Program-made: the position numbers and the translations under genes | Notes under the pieces: generated by a model | Told to the model about the DNA's origin: nothing | Seen by the model: only the letters and a program-made list of their open reading frames with translations | Database searches by the model: none | Source: Thraustochytrium aureum | Taxonomy: Eukaryota | DNA length: 56,007 nucleotides | Direction of reading: 5' to 3' | Assembly: GCA_012862495.1 (NCBI GenBank) | Contig: BLSG01000097.1 | Coordinates: 124,579 to 180,585 of the forward strand | Shown: positions 44,253 to 56,007 of the stretch, in pieces | Layout: each line of letters opens with the position of its first letter | Position numbering within the stretch: position 1 is the first letter of the stretch

Positions 44253-47200
44253 TCACTCGCTGTCCGACGTGTTGGACAAGAACGTGGCGAGCATGATTCT
44301 CTCCTCGTCGTCGTCGGAATCAGACCCGTTGTGGTGCTGCACCGCGTGCGAGGCGGCGTGGCTGACCTCGCTGTACGTGCTCACGTGGCTCGCGGTGCGC
44401 ACGTGGCCGCGTCGTGTGCCGCTCTGCGTGGTCACGCTCGTTGACTGCTCCCTGCGCAACTCCACGAGGCGCCCGGACTGCGGGTCGTGCCGCCGCGTGA
44501 CTTGCGTCGAAGAGGTCACCTCGACGACTGGCAACGTCCGAGGACTTGCGGGCTGGGCTGCGCCAAAGTGGATCGTGCCAAAGTCGTCGTCGCTGCTGCT
44601 GCTGCTGCTGCTGCTGGCTGTGCTGATGCTCCGATCGAACCTTGCAGCATCGCCGCTAACGTCCGGCTGGTTAAGCGGCGTTGCCGCCTCCGTTGCGTTG
44701 CCAGAGGCAGCGTTGCCCGCAGCAGGGTTGTCCCCCGCTTGCGACTCAGCCATGCCGGAAACTGGCGCTTGCATTCGCCGGTCGGCTTTGGCCCGGTTCT
44801 TGACAGCCGCATCGCGCAACGCCTTCAGGTCCTTCGCTTGCTCGTACAGAATCCGCGCAGTGTGGGAGACCAGCAAGAAGAGCATGCGAGACGAGACAAC
44901 GAACATGTCCAGGACCGGAGCTCGCTGGCCTCTAACGCCCTTCGGCGGCGCTTGGTCGTCCTCTGACTCGTCGTCCTCCATGTCTTGTTCAACGCCTTGG
45001 NNNNNNNNNNNNNNNNNNNNNNNNNNNNNNNNNNNNNNNNNNNNNNNNNNNNNNNNNNNNNNNNNNNNNNNNNNNNNNNNNNNNNNNNNNNNNNTGGCCT
45101 CGTTTTGCACGCCTTGCCCTGCTCCAGTTGTTGATGCTGCGCTATCGCCAGTCTCAGCGCTTGAAACGGTGGCGGTTGGGGGCGCAGGCACCGCCTGTGC
45201 CTCGCACTTGGCGGCGACCACAGACTCTGCCGGGGGCTCAGCCGTTGCGGGCTGGGCGCGAGCAACATGCCGCTCGCCCGGCTCAGCAGCAACCGCGGCA
45301 AGAGCGGCTTGGGCCGCCTCTCTCGGCGCTAGAGGCTCGGGACCGGGAAGCGGCCCGGACTTGCGCTGGTCGGCGGCCAGACCGCAGTTCCACGCAGCTG
45401 CCTCGCCTGGGGCCGCTCTTTTCGTTGCCGCTGCTGCTGCCGCGACATTCCACGCAGCTGCCTCGCCTGCGGCCTCTCTTTTCGTCGCCGCTGCTGCTGC
45501 CGCGACATGGCTCGAAAGCGACTTGGGCCCAATCGGCGCCGCAGCTGCTTTCGGCGCCGCAGCTGCTTTCGGCGCCGCAGCTGCTTTCGGCCCGCTCACC
45601 AGCTTCGCAAGGCCCTTTCCGAGCTTGCCGCGATCGCCGGCGAGAAGCGCAGCGAACGAGATCGCTTCTGCCGATGACAATTGCATCGTCGCAAGGGTGA
45701 AATCTGCGGTGTGCGCGCGAGGACGCCGAGCGCGCGGATCGGGCATCGGGAACGAGGCGACTCCCGCAGATGCCAGCGACTCGGCCGGTTTCAGTGGCGG
45801 GTCGGCCATGGCAGGCCCCGGAGCAGAATGGGCAGCCGCGGCGGCGCCCATTGCCGCTGGCTTGTCGACGGCGAACGTTGCGTCGGCCATATGTGTTGGT
45901 GCTGGCCCCTGAGCCTCTTGCTGCTGAGTGTCAGCCTTGGGGCTTGGCTCTGCGCGCGCCACGGCGTTTGGAGTTGGTTCTACGTTGATAGCAGCGACCG
46001 GTCGTTCAGACTCCACCGGTTCGCCGGACGCGGCCTTGTCCGGATTGGCGTTGAGGCGACCAACTCGCTTCACGGCAATCGGCCTGGCACACGCACCACC
46101 TGCAGAGTCAGATTCAGAGTCGCCCGAATCGGTGTCTGCAAACAAACCATTCGCAAACGCTGCAATCGGTAGTGCCGGAAGCAAGTCGAAAAGGCTATCC
46201 TTCGCCGCAGAGAAGAGGGACTCGCGCTTGGCCACCTGGTCGGGCAGCGAAAACCCAGCCATGAAGTCCGCGCCGGCAGAGGCCGCTGCTGCTTGCGCCG
46301 ACCGGATGGCCTCTACTACCGACGCGACGTCCATCGCCCAGGCAGAGGCGCCAGGCTCGCTGCTTGCCGACGCGGCTGTCGGGACGTCGCTTGCATCGGG
46401 CGTCTGCGGCATCCGTACAAGCCGAGGCCGCCCGTCCGCGCCATAGTCGCCCGCGTAAACCGACAGCGGCTCGGCGTCGTCCCGCACCTTCCGGCGCCGG
46501 ACGCCAAGCGCAATCTCAATGAGAGGCCGCGCAATCATGATCTGCGCGACCCACCCCAGCATGCCAGTGATCGCGATGGAGCGCTTGACATGAAGCCAGT
46601 TGCACACCGGATCGACCTGCGAAAGCGCCTGGGGCGACAGGGACCGCAACCCTGGAAAGGCGCAAAACGCGGTGGACCAGCCAAACCACATCGAGACGTA
46701 AAAGAGGCCCCAGCCAAAGCGGACGCGCACGCGCTGCCGCGACGAACGCGCCACCTCCGAGAGGTACGAGTGCGTCACATACATGATACCTGTAATCATG
46801 CAGTTCACGAAGGGGATGCTCACCATTCGGACCATCGGGGCCACGACGTGGTACTCGACTAGCACCGAAACGAGGAACAAAACCAGCCCCGAAGCGAGCA
46901 CCATGGTCGAGATGAACCGCCCCAGCCGGATACTCAGTGCATTCGGCTCCAGCAGCATCTTGGCAATGTCCGTGTTGAAACCTTGCACCCCACCTGACGC
47001 GCGCCGAGCGTGCCTCGATACAGGCTTGTGCAAGACCAGGGAGGACACCATCAAGATCCACGCCAGAAATCCCGCAGCGAGGACGATACCGGCCGAGTCA
47101 CTCCCTGCGTGGTCGTACGTGGAGCTACTCGCGTACAGGGCCACCGCGACTAGGTAGGAGAGCCACCCGAAAACGCTGATCGCGCGATGCGTGCGGTTGA

Positions 47201-48918
47201 ACGGCGAGCCGGTGCCTTCAGCCCAGGGAAACACCAGCGAATACACAGAGGTGCTCGGACCGCGGAGAAGCGCCCCAAGCCCGACGGTACCAGGCGGGAC
47301 ACACAGAAGGTAGACCCCGATGGCTTTGCTCCCCTCTGCGGAGTGCATAAACTCAAGCGGGCCCTCGTCCGCCTGCGCGTACACGTGCATATAGTACACA
47401 AACGCTACGATCGGCACGAGAATCGGGACCACCCCGAAAAACAGCCCAAAGCTCCACGCGCGCGCAGCGTGCAAAACACCGCCGGCATCCTCGAGCGCGG
47501 CCCAGCGTTTTGCGGCCCGATCGCCGTCAGCGCTCTCCTTGAACGACAGAAACCCTAAAACGATGCAGCACCAGGACAACACGCAGAGAAGGATCGACAG
47601 CGACGTGGCCACCACCCCGGTCCCCGTTGACAGGAGCACAAGCACGTGCGCCAGCGGGTTGAGGAAGCTCGTCGCTAGCCCGACGAGGTTAAAGAAGGTA
47701 TACATCGCTCCGCCTCGCGTCGGCTGCAGCGCGCTGCTCCCCAACAGGATCAAGCCCCCGACGTGTCGGGTCACCAGGGGCAGCAGCATCGAAAACACCG
47801 CCAGCGTGCTCAGCGGCAGCGGGGTTACAGCCGCGGCGAGCGACGACAGTGGGACGGGAACCACCAGTGCAAAAAGCATGCGGAAGCGCACCGGGACCAT
47901 GCGCCGAATTCGACCCCACGAGAGGTCGGTCAGGTCAAAAGCGTCAAGTGACCTTCGTGGCCCGCTCCAAACGGCGCGACGCGTCAGACCACCCGACGGC
48001 GCCAAATCCCCTGTCTCTGAGACGTCGTCCCCACCGCTCTCTTCACCAAGCGAGGGCAAAAAGTTCTCTCGCCTTAGTATCGACATCGCGCGAGCAGCGC
48101 AAACGTACGAGGCGATGGAGAGGCCAGCAAAGGCCAGCGCGACCGGGGTATCCGAAGTCAAGAGCGTGCTGATGTAAATAGCGCCAGAGAAGGCCAGCAG
48201 GACATGTGCGCACTGCTCGTGCCGGTTGTACTCTGCGCATTGCGTGCGATTCCCGCCCAGGAAAAGCCCGCATCCGACGCGCAGAGTAAAGTATGGAAGT
48301 GCCAGCATAAACACGCCCGAGCCCATCAGCCCGCCCCAAAGGGAAGCACGACCCGCGACAAGTACGCGAGAAGCAATGGAACGAGGATGGCGCCCGAAAG
48401 GCGCAGGTCTGCTGGGGAGATCTCCGTGTCAAGGCCAGGGCCGTTTTCGCCCGCAGCACTAGGGGCCTCTGAGTATACTCCGCCTCGAGCATGGTCGCCC
48501 AGCTCTGCCGGCTTCTTCTTGCGAATGACGACGAAGCGCTTGCGGCGCAGCGTGGGCTGGCCGCCAGCCACCTCGGCGTGGCCTTCGCGGGCCTTGCGCG
48601 TGTCCCTGATCGGGGTCTCAGGAACTGCCTCTGGCGCTTTGGCGGAATCAACTACCCGCGCCGCGCCTGTCTGAGGCGACGTGCCGCGCCCTTTGCTCGC
48701 CTTGGTGCTGCGCTTTGCTCTGCGCCTTGCTTGAGACTCCGAAGCTTGAGCGGCAGGCGGTTCCAGGATCGCCGCGGTGACATCTGTCGTGCTGCTTTGG
48801 TGCGTCTTGCGACGCCGCACGACAACCCGCACCCTGCCTCTGTGCCCAGCCACTGCCTCGGCGAGCGGCACCACCTCCTCCACCTGCACAAGCTCGCCCG
48901 TCGCCTTGTTGCGCACCT
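44253..48918 (-). CDS. Large multi-pass membrane protein with a long low-complexity C-terminal region; 5' end in the gap; frameshift near 48335
   Basis: A 1357-aa ORF with more than 12 hydrophobic helices in its first ~610 aa. The upstream frame 48326-48916 ends in a TM segment (AILVPLLLAYLSRVVLPF) that joins GLMGSGVF. Confidence 0.7.
45388..45590. repeat. Coding tandem repeats: 60-bp unit x2 and 18-bp unit x3 (PKAAAA)
   Basis: TTCCACGCAGCTGCCTCGCCTG..GCTGCTGCTGCCGCGACA twice, and TCGGCGCCGCAGCTGCTT three times. Confidence 0.85.
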
Positions 48919-49265
48919 NNNNNNNNNNNNNNNNNNNNNNNNNNNNNNNNNNNNNNNNNNNNNNNNNNNNNNNNNNNNNNNNNNNNNNNNNNNNNNNNNN
49001 NNNNNNNNNNNNNNNNNNNNNNNNNNNNNNNNNNNNNNNNNNNNNNNNNNNNNNNNNNNNNNNNNNNNNNNNNNNNNNNNNNNNNNNNNNNNNNNNNNNN
49101 NNNNNNNNNNNNNNNNNNNNNNNNNNNNNNNNNNNNNNNNNNNNNNNNNNNNNNNNNNNNNNNNNNNNNNNNNNNNNNNNNNNNNNNNNNNNNNNNNNNN
49201 NNNNNNNNNNNNNNNNNNNNNNNNNNNNNNNNNNNNNNNNNNNNNNNNNNNNGCCGCCGCCGCCG

Positions 49266-49303
<38 letters not shown>

Positions 49304-49814
49304 GCTGCCGCGCGCGGGCGCGATTGGGCTCTGGCGCCTCCACGCCGCGCGCGTGCCTCACAGCCCCTCCACTCGCGCGGCGCCCTTTCCACCTGCTCCT
49401 CTCACGTCTCCATTAACCTCTGTGAGGCGTGCCTCCGACCAGGGCGCCGGCGAACGTGCAGTCTGGAGCGCTTTTGTTAAAGCGCGCGAGGGTGTGAACG
49501 AAGAACTGCTGTTGCGGAACCGACCGAGGCGCTAGCTTCGGTATAACTCCACAGTGGAGCGAGAGGGGGACCCGCACGGCAGAGGTTGGCGCGCGCCTGG
49601 ACCCCAGTTTGACTGACTTGCACGAAGCGAGTATGCTCTCGCAGAGCCCAATCTGACCTCGACCCCGCGGTTGCGCGACCTCGGAGCAGGGCCGCGGACC
49701 CCTTTGCGCTTGCTTTTGACCGCAAGGCGCCGCGCCACCGCCAGCCGAGTCCCCCGGCCCAGCCCCCGCCCCCCCGGGTTTGGGGTTTGGGCTCGGCTGC
49801 AATCGCGTGGCGGG

Positions 49815-52486
49815 ATGCCGCCATGGCAGCAATGGCGACTCGCTGCTGCTGCTCTCCTCGCGGCGGCGGCTGGAAGCCAAGCCGACGGGGACCTGCGAGA
49901 CAGGCTGGAACGGTTTGAGGTTGTGCCGGTTGAGGCGCTTAGACCCCTTGCCAGGACGCTACGGGGGCGCGGCGGCGGAGTCGACTCGGTGCCGTTCCAG
50001 GTTGACGCTTTTGGGGAGGCTGTGCAGGTGGAGCTCGAGCACGACGACGACTTGTTCGCGCCAGGTTACCGGCACATGTTCTTTGGAAGGCAAAACAGAT
50101 CGGACGACGTCGAAGGGGATCAGCGGTGCGTCTTTTCGGGCGCGAGGCGGCGGCGTCGTGTCGCTGTGCGGCGGCGTGGTGTTTGCGCGTCTCCCAATAC
50201 ACGACGGACTGGACCACCTTCACATCGAGCCGCTCGCGAGCGGCACGGACCACGTCGTCTACCGAGGACGTGATTTGCGCGGCGAGGACGCGGCCCTGCG
50301 CGGACGCTGTGGCCTGGACCATGATGGACTCTCCGAAAGCCTAACCGTGCAAGGCGCACACGCCGGCGAGGTGGGGGGGGCTCAAGCCCCAGGCCCGCGC
50401 CCTCGCAGTGAAACGCGGTTCGTCGAGCTCTTGGTGTTAAACGACGCCCCGAGGACCGCGCGCCACGGAGCCACAGTTCAGCAGCACTCTGCCTACGTTG
50501 TTGCGCTCGCCAACCAGCTCCTTGAAGCCATGCCGGGGCCGCGCAAAGTTCGCCTCCGGCTTACAGGGATGGTGTCTTTCGCGCAGCGCGACCCCTGGAC
50601 CAACATCTACGTCAACGGAGGGCGATCCGTTGAGGTGAACGAGCTGCTGCGGCACGCCACGAGCTGGGTCCGGTCCATCCAAAGCGCAGTGCCACCGCAC
50701 GACCTTGCGCACCTCCTCACCGGCAAGGACCTTTTCTCCGCCGAGACTGCCTCCGGCGACGCCGTCGTGGGCCTCGCCTGGATTGGCGGATGGTGCGTAC
50801 AAAACGCAAAGGTTGGGCTCACTCAGGCAAACGCCGACAACAGCATGCTCGTCGCGATCACAATGGTGCATGAGATCTTGCACGGCCTTGGCGCCAAACA
50901 CACCGACGAAAGCGCTCCCAGTACCGGCGAGCCATGCGCGCGCAATGGAGAGGCTTTTGTGATGGATCAGCAGACCTCGAGCCTCACGCCAAAGTTCTCC
51001 TCCTGCACTGTGGACTGGATCGATGCGGCGATAAATGCCGGCCAGGGTCGCTGCACTGTGGACGACACGGACAAAGCTTGGACGCCGCAGCCGAAATGCG
51101 GAAACGGGCTCGTCGAACCCGGCGAAGAGTGCGACTGCCCGCTCGGGACAAACTGCGACCCTTGCTGCAACAGGGCAACGTGTCAGCTGGCCGAGAACGC
51201 GACCTGCAGCGCAGCGGAGCCGTGCTGCGACCCTGCCACNNNNNNNNNNNNNNNNNNNNNNNNNNNNNNNNNNNNNNNNNNNNNNNNNNNNNNNNNNNNN
51301 NNNNNNNNNNNNNNNNNNNNNNNNNATGGGGACTTGTCAGGAGCTCACGAGGCAGTGTGAGCAGTTCGGCTACGCGCTGGCCTGCCCCGAAACGGACTGC
51401 CGGACGCTACGCTGCAAATCTTCGCCAGACGTGAGCTGCGAAGAGCTCGCGGTATTTGCAGTGGAGGACGGGATGCCCTGCGAGGAGGGCGTGTGCTACC
51501 AAGGAGCCTGCCGAGCCGACGTTGAGGCGCTGCCCGATCCAGCCAAAATGGCAGCCTGCTCGAACGGAAGGCGGGACAACGGCGAGTCGGACGTCGACTG
51601 TGGCGGCCCAAACTGCCTTCCTTGCTTTGCCGGGATGCTCTGCACTACGGCGCACGACTGCTTGTTCCCAGGGTTCTGCAACGCGAGCACGGGCAAGTGC
51701 CAAGACATTGCGCTTGACAGCGACGCTGCGATGGACAGAATCGGCGCATACGGGTCTTGGTTCGAGGAGAATACCGCGGTTGCCCTACTGTTAGCCGTTT
51801 TCGCAGGCCTAGCCTTGTCCCTCTGCGTCCTGCGCGGCTACTTCATCTCCTCCCCGGTCACGCCTTCGTCAGCAGCCGCCATTGAGCAAGGCACATCGCC
51901 AAAGCACCAATTGCCACCAGCTGGCTCGCGCTCGACCTTGGCCGCGTTTGCGCAGGGCGCTCGCAGTGTGACGGGGCTCGCCTTTGGGAGCTTATCGCCC
52001 TTCGCAACTTCTGATGGGCGGCCGAAGGAGGTCGCCCGCAGCGATTCCGTCACAGTGCGGTACAATGGACCGCTGCCGACGTTTCAAATGCAGCCCGACT
52101 CGCGCGACCCTGGCGTGCCTGTAGGATCGCTCACGGAGAGCGATTGCACTAGTGATGCCGACGAGGACCGGCACGATTTTAGCCGCTCTAGGGCGACATC
52201 AGACAGCGATGGGTCAAGTCCAGGCGGGCGAATTCAGGTTGCGCTCTCCACACGGTCCGCTACAGCGGAACGGGAGAGTAGCGCGTCGGCCACAAGCCCA
52301 GGAATTCGAGCCCTGCTTTCGCGAGCCTCGGTGGCGCTGTCGAGAACGATTCGCGGCCTCGCTGACTCGTCAAGCGCCGTGTTGGCACGCTCAAGTCGTG
52401 AGTTCCCGCAGAGCCCCCCCCCAGAGCAAGATCACCCATTCTCTTCAAAGCCAGAAATGGCCCTTCAACACGATGACTCTGGTGCT
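49815..52486 (+). CDS. Second ADAM-like membrane metalloprotease (paralogue of 41087-43497); frameshift at 50133-50136; gaps
   Basis: Signal MPPWQQWRLAAAALLAAAAGSQA; FQVDAFGEAVQVELEHDDDLFAPGY; GRCGL; AVVGLAW; VHEILHGLGAKH; FVMD; CGNGLVEPGEECDC; ESDVDCGG; TM VALLLAVFAGLALSLCVL; long Ser-rich tail. Confidence 0.88.
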
Positions 52487-52865
52487 NNNNNNNNNNNNNN
52501 NNNNNNNNNNNNNNNNNNNNNNNNNNNNNNNNNNNNNNNNNNNNNNNNNNNNNNNNNNNNNNNNNNNNNNNNNNNNNNNNNNNNNNNNNNNNNNNNNNNN
52601 NNNNNNNNNNNNNNNNNNNNNNNNNNNNNNNNNNNNNNNNNNNNNNNNNNNNNNNNNNNNNNNNNNNNNNNNNNNNNNNNNNNNNNNNNNNNNNNNNNNN
52701 NNNNNNNNNNNNNNNNNNNNNNNNNNNNNNNNNNNNNNNNNNNNNNNNNNNNNNNNNNNNNNNNNNNNNNNNNNNNNNNNNNNNNNNNNNNNNNNNNNNN
52801 NNNNNNNNNNNNNNNNNNNNNNNNNNNNNNNNNGAAATTATTTATACGGTTTGCCGGCCGCAGCT

Positions 52866-55800
52866 CTACAAGAGCAGCGCGCGGCGCGCGAACAAGATGC
52901 AATGGCGCGTCTTGTCTCGCTTGAGTTCCCCCACATCTATCCCTTGCACCTCTTGCGCGTCCAAAAGGCGCGCCGCCGCCTCTATACAGTCAAAGTGGTA
53001 GGCATGACCCGACCCGAACACCACGAGCTGTGGCAGCTCGCGGCCCTGCGCCTGTGCTGCTGCTGCCCGCGGCAGAGCCCGCTTGCAAATTCCGCAGCGC
53101 GACTCTGGAGCAACGTGAACCGCTCGACGCCGCCGCCGGAACAGGGCCCGGAGAAGCGAGGCGACGTCGTCCTTGAGCACCTCGTTGCAGCCCTCGCGCA
53201 AGCGATGCTGAATACGGATGTCAGCGAACAGCTTTGCAAGCTTGGATGAGAGACCTGGCACCACCATCTCGTCCGGCATGTGCTGGACTATTTTGATCGG
53301 GTCCACATTGTGGGCACCAGCACACTCGAGCAGGTCGCCCACAAGAGCCGGGTCACGGACACACCAACGCACGAGATCACCCCAAAGCTCTTCTCCCTCT
53401 CGCTCAACAAACTCGATTGCGAAGCGCACGCTCCGCAGCTTGTCTATGATGATTGCGAGCGCGCTCTGAATGTTTTCCCGACCGCCCATGCGGCCCAGGA
53501 TGAACACCATCTCGCGGTACATCGGTGTCGGTTTGTGCTCTTCGCAGACCTTGAGTGCTGCCTGGAGGTCGTAGAAATTGGCCATCTCCAAAAAGTCGCG
53601 GAGCTGGCCAGGGTTGAACATGGCATACAAGCGAACGAGCATGTCTTGCAGCGGGGCCATGTCCTCGTGGTTGTACTCGTCGCCGCGCCGCGTACACAGC
53701 TCGTGCAAGAACTGGTACAGGGGCCGGAGATCCTCGCTTGCGCGCGTCGGGAGCGTGTTGTCCGGCCGAGCGCCGAGCTGGCGTGCGATCGCTTTGATCT
53801 TGGAGGCCGCCTCCGGGTCGTCTTCAAAGCCCAGCTCCTGCGTGACCGAGTTGACCAAGAGCCGCACCGCGCGGTCGGCGTCTAGCTCGACAAGTTTGGC
53901 CACCTTATCTTGCACGGCATGCTGCAGGCCGTGCCGCTCGATCATGCCAAACACGTGCTCGCTGCGAAAGCGGGTCGGGCTCGCCCGACCCGCTCGATGC
54001 CAGATACTGGCGGAGCGCCGCATCGTGGTCCCCATCCGCGCTATACAGCTCGGCGAGCGCGTCCCGCAACGCCCGCGGAACCTTGCCAAAGGCGCGCTCG
54101 ATCACATCATCGACTTGCGGATTACGCGCTTGACGTCGTAGAGCGGCTGAGTCTTCATCAGCTCGGTGCCCATCGCTTGTTGGGTTCCGGACGCTGCGTT
54201 CAGGGGGCGCTCACCAGGGGCGCTAGCGCCGCGCGCGGCGCCGGTTCCTGGCACGTCCGAGTCGATCTCCTTCAGAAACAGCTGGGCTTTGGCGTGGTTG
54301 TACAAGAGCGTCTGCCACTGACGGATGCTCTGCAAAAACGCTTCGTACTCGCCTTTGCGCAGCATCTCGCTGAGCACCGCCTCGTACACCTCCGCTGGAA
54401 GCTGCGGGTTCCGGATGGGGAGGTACCCAGCGAGCTGCCCTAGCATTTGATAGCTTTGAAACTTTGCGCCCCATTGGCACCAGCGGTCTCGGTCGTTGTC
54501 CAGCAGCCGAGGGCAGAGCTGCGCAGCCTTGGCAAACTCCCCTTCGCTCAAGAGGTGGGCAAGCAGCTTGTCTTGCAGCCCTCGCAAGGTAAAGCTCTGC
54601 AGGCCTTGGCCGAATTGCGGCACGATGCCAGCGCGGTCACCCTTGGGGGCCGCCGACGGTGCCGCCTCGCCCGATCCACCAGCGCATGCTCCAGCGTCGA
54701 CGCCGACGGACGTCGCTGCCGAGGAAGAGTCTGACGGTGAGGTCGCGGCTATCGAAGGGGCCGCGCTCGGCGCGGCCGACACCGCCTCGCTCGCACCGCC
54801 TTCCCCCGACGGGCCGCGCCGTTCTCGGCCTGCTCGGCCATCGAGAGCGCGCGCTCAAAGTGCCCAACGCGCAGTGCCCAGCGAATGTGGTCCTCCAAAG
54901 TCCGTGGGCGCGCTATCATCAGGTCCTCGGGCGACACGATGTACAATATCGGCTTGTTGCATACGCCAACAACCGACTCGTGGGCGCAGCAGAGCGCGTA
55001 GTCGACTTGGTCGTTGGCCTCAAACCCGCGGATCGGCAATGCCTCGATGGAGACCTCTTCGCCGTCGCGACGCGCGATGATCCGCAGCTCGGGCCGGTTC
55101 GCTGGCGAGTCGGCTGCTTCGGCGGCCTCTTGCAGCATGCGGACCCCCGGCGCCTCGGACTCGTCGTCCGTGTCGTCTCCGTGATGCTCGACCGGGTCGA
55201 GGTAGGTGAGCAGGGCGAGGTGGTCAGGTCCGAACGGGGCGATGCCACAGATCGTCTCGGTGTTGACAAACTCATACAGAGAAGTAAGCTCGGCGCACCG
55301 CGGCAGCACGGACGGGTCGGCTGCAAGCTCTTGCTTGCTGCGGTCCCGCACGCGGACAATCTTGACCGACTCTGCCCACGCAAGAAGGAGGACGGTATCG
55401 CTCTCCCACACGATGTGACACCCGTGCCTTTCCGCCCCGGCGCGCCCCCCAAGCGGGCGCTCAATGAAAGCGATGCGCTGCTCGCGGCCGTAGTCGTAGA
55501 TCTTAACCCCAGAGCGGTTGGCCCAGGCAACGAACCGTCCGCGCCACGCAATTGCAGAGATCTCTCCCTCTCCGGAGTGGAGCTCCTTTTCGCTGGATCC
55601 AAACCAGCCTTTGCGCTTCAGAATCAGCCTGCCCGCGGTGCCTCCTGTTACGAAACCCCTTTCGCGGCTGCTGGAGTAACCGGGCTCGAGCTGCACAGCC
55701 ATCAGGGGGTGGTAAAAGTTGTGAATGGAGAGCTTGATCTCCTGAATAGAAACGCTACTCGCATGTGCGGCTCTGCGGCCGGCGAGCGCGGCTTGAGCGT

Positions 55801-56007
55801 TTCTGAACACGATCACTCTGCCGTCGACCGAGCAGCTCGCGAACGCGCCGCCCTCCTGGTCAATGCTTACAGCGGTCACAGTCCCGCGGTGCGCTTGTTG
55901 GGCCCTCCAGATCACCTCCCCGTCCAGCGTGGCCTGCAGCACCGCGCCCGAAGCAAGCCCGATCACAACAAACAAGGGGTGCATCGTCATGCAGCTCACC
56001 CCGTTCT
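52866..56007 (-). CDS. VPS41: HOPS complex subunit VPS41; 5'-partial; frameshifts near 54815, 54113 and 53968
   Basis: WD40 region FASCSVDGRV..FVTGGTAGRLIL..GWFG..LHSGEGEISAIAWRGRFVAWAN; YIVSPEDLMIARPRTLEDHIRW; CHCR region YDLQAALKVCEE..YREMVFILGRMG; C-terminal RING-like CGIC..GHAYHFDC. Confidence 0.93.

Noticed and set aside
44125..45912. 595-aa plus-strand ORF
   Set aside because: It is antisense to the large membrane-protein gene and has no independent features.
1..56007. Calling the frameshifted genes pseudogenes
   Set aside because: Catalytic and structural motifs are intact, conserved domains have no nonsense codons, and core genes such as VPS41 are affected. This points to assembly error rather than decay.

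Overview
A GC-rich, gene-dense eukaryotic scaffold with no intron needed to explain any gene and many N-gaps. The gene content (WS/DGAT, SPEF1, ADAM-like and M6 proteases) suggests a flagellated saprotrophic stramenopile such as a thraustochytrid; this is an inference. About 23 protein-coding genes are recognisable: YIPF, MMAB, an ankyrin/RING/2OG-Fe(II) oxygenase fusion, an NCS2-type permease, kinesin-13, BORCS8-like, an EF-hand protein, an ESCRT-III Snf7 protein, WS/DGAT, an internally duplicated membrane protein, an M6 protease, a double hot-dog thioesterase, SPEF1, a papain-like protease, ATP6AP1-like and ATP6AP2-like genes lying head-to-head, a CSRNP-N-like protein, two paralogous ADAM-like proteases, a large membrane protein, VPS41 and two hypothetical proteins. 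Most long genes carry single-base frameshifts in both directions, mostly at short homopolymers, best explained as sequencing error. I found no rRNA, tRNA, CRISPR array or transposase. The most notable observations are the divergent ATP6AP1/ATP6AP2 pair, the concentration of endolysosomal and protease genes, the Ank-RING-oxygenase fusion, the duplicated WxxKDxxW membrane protein and a non-coding TTGACACTCAATATC motif array. All family calls come from recalled motifs, not database searches.
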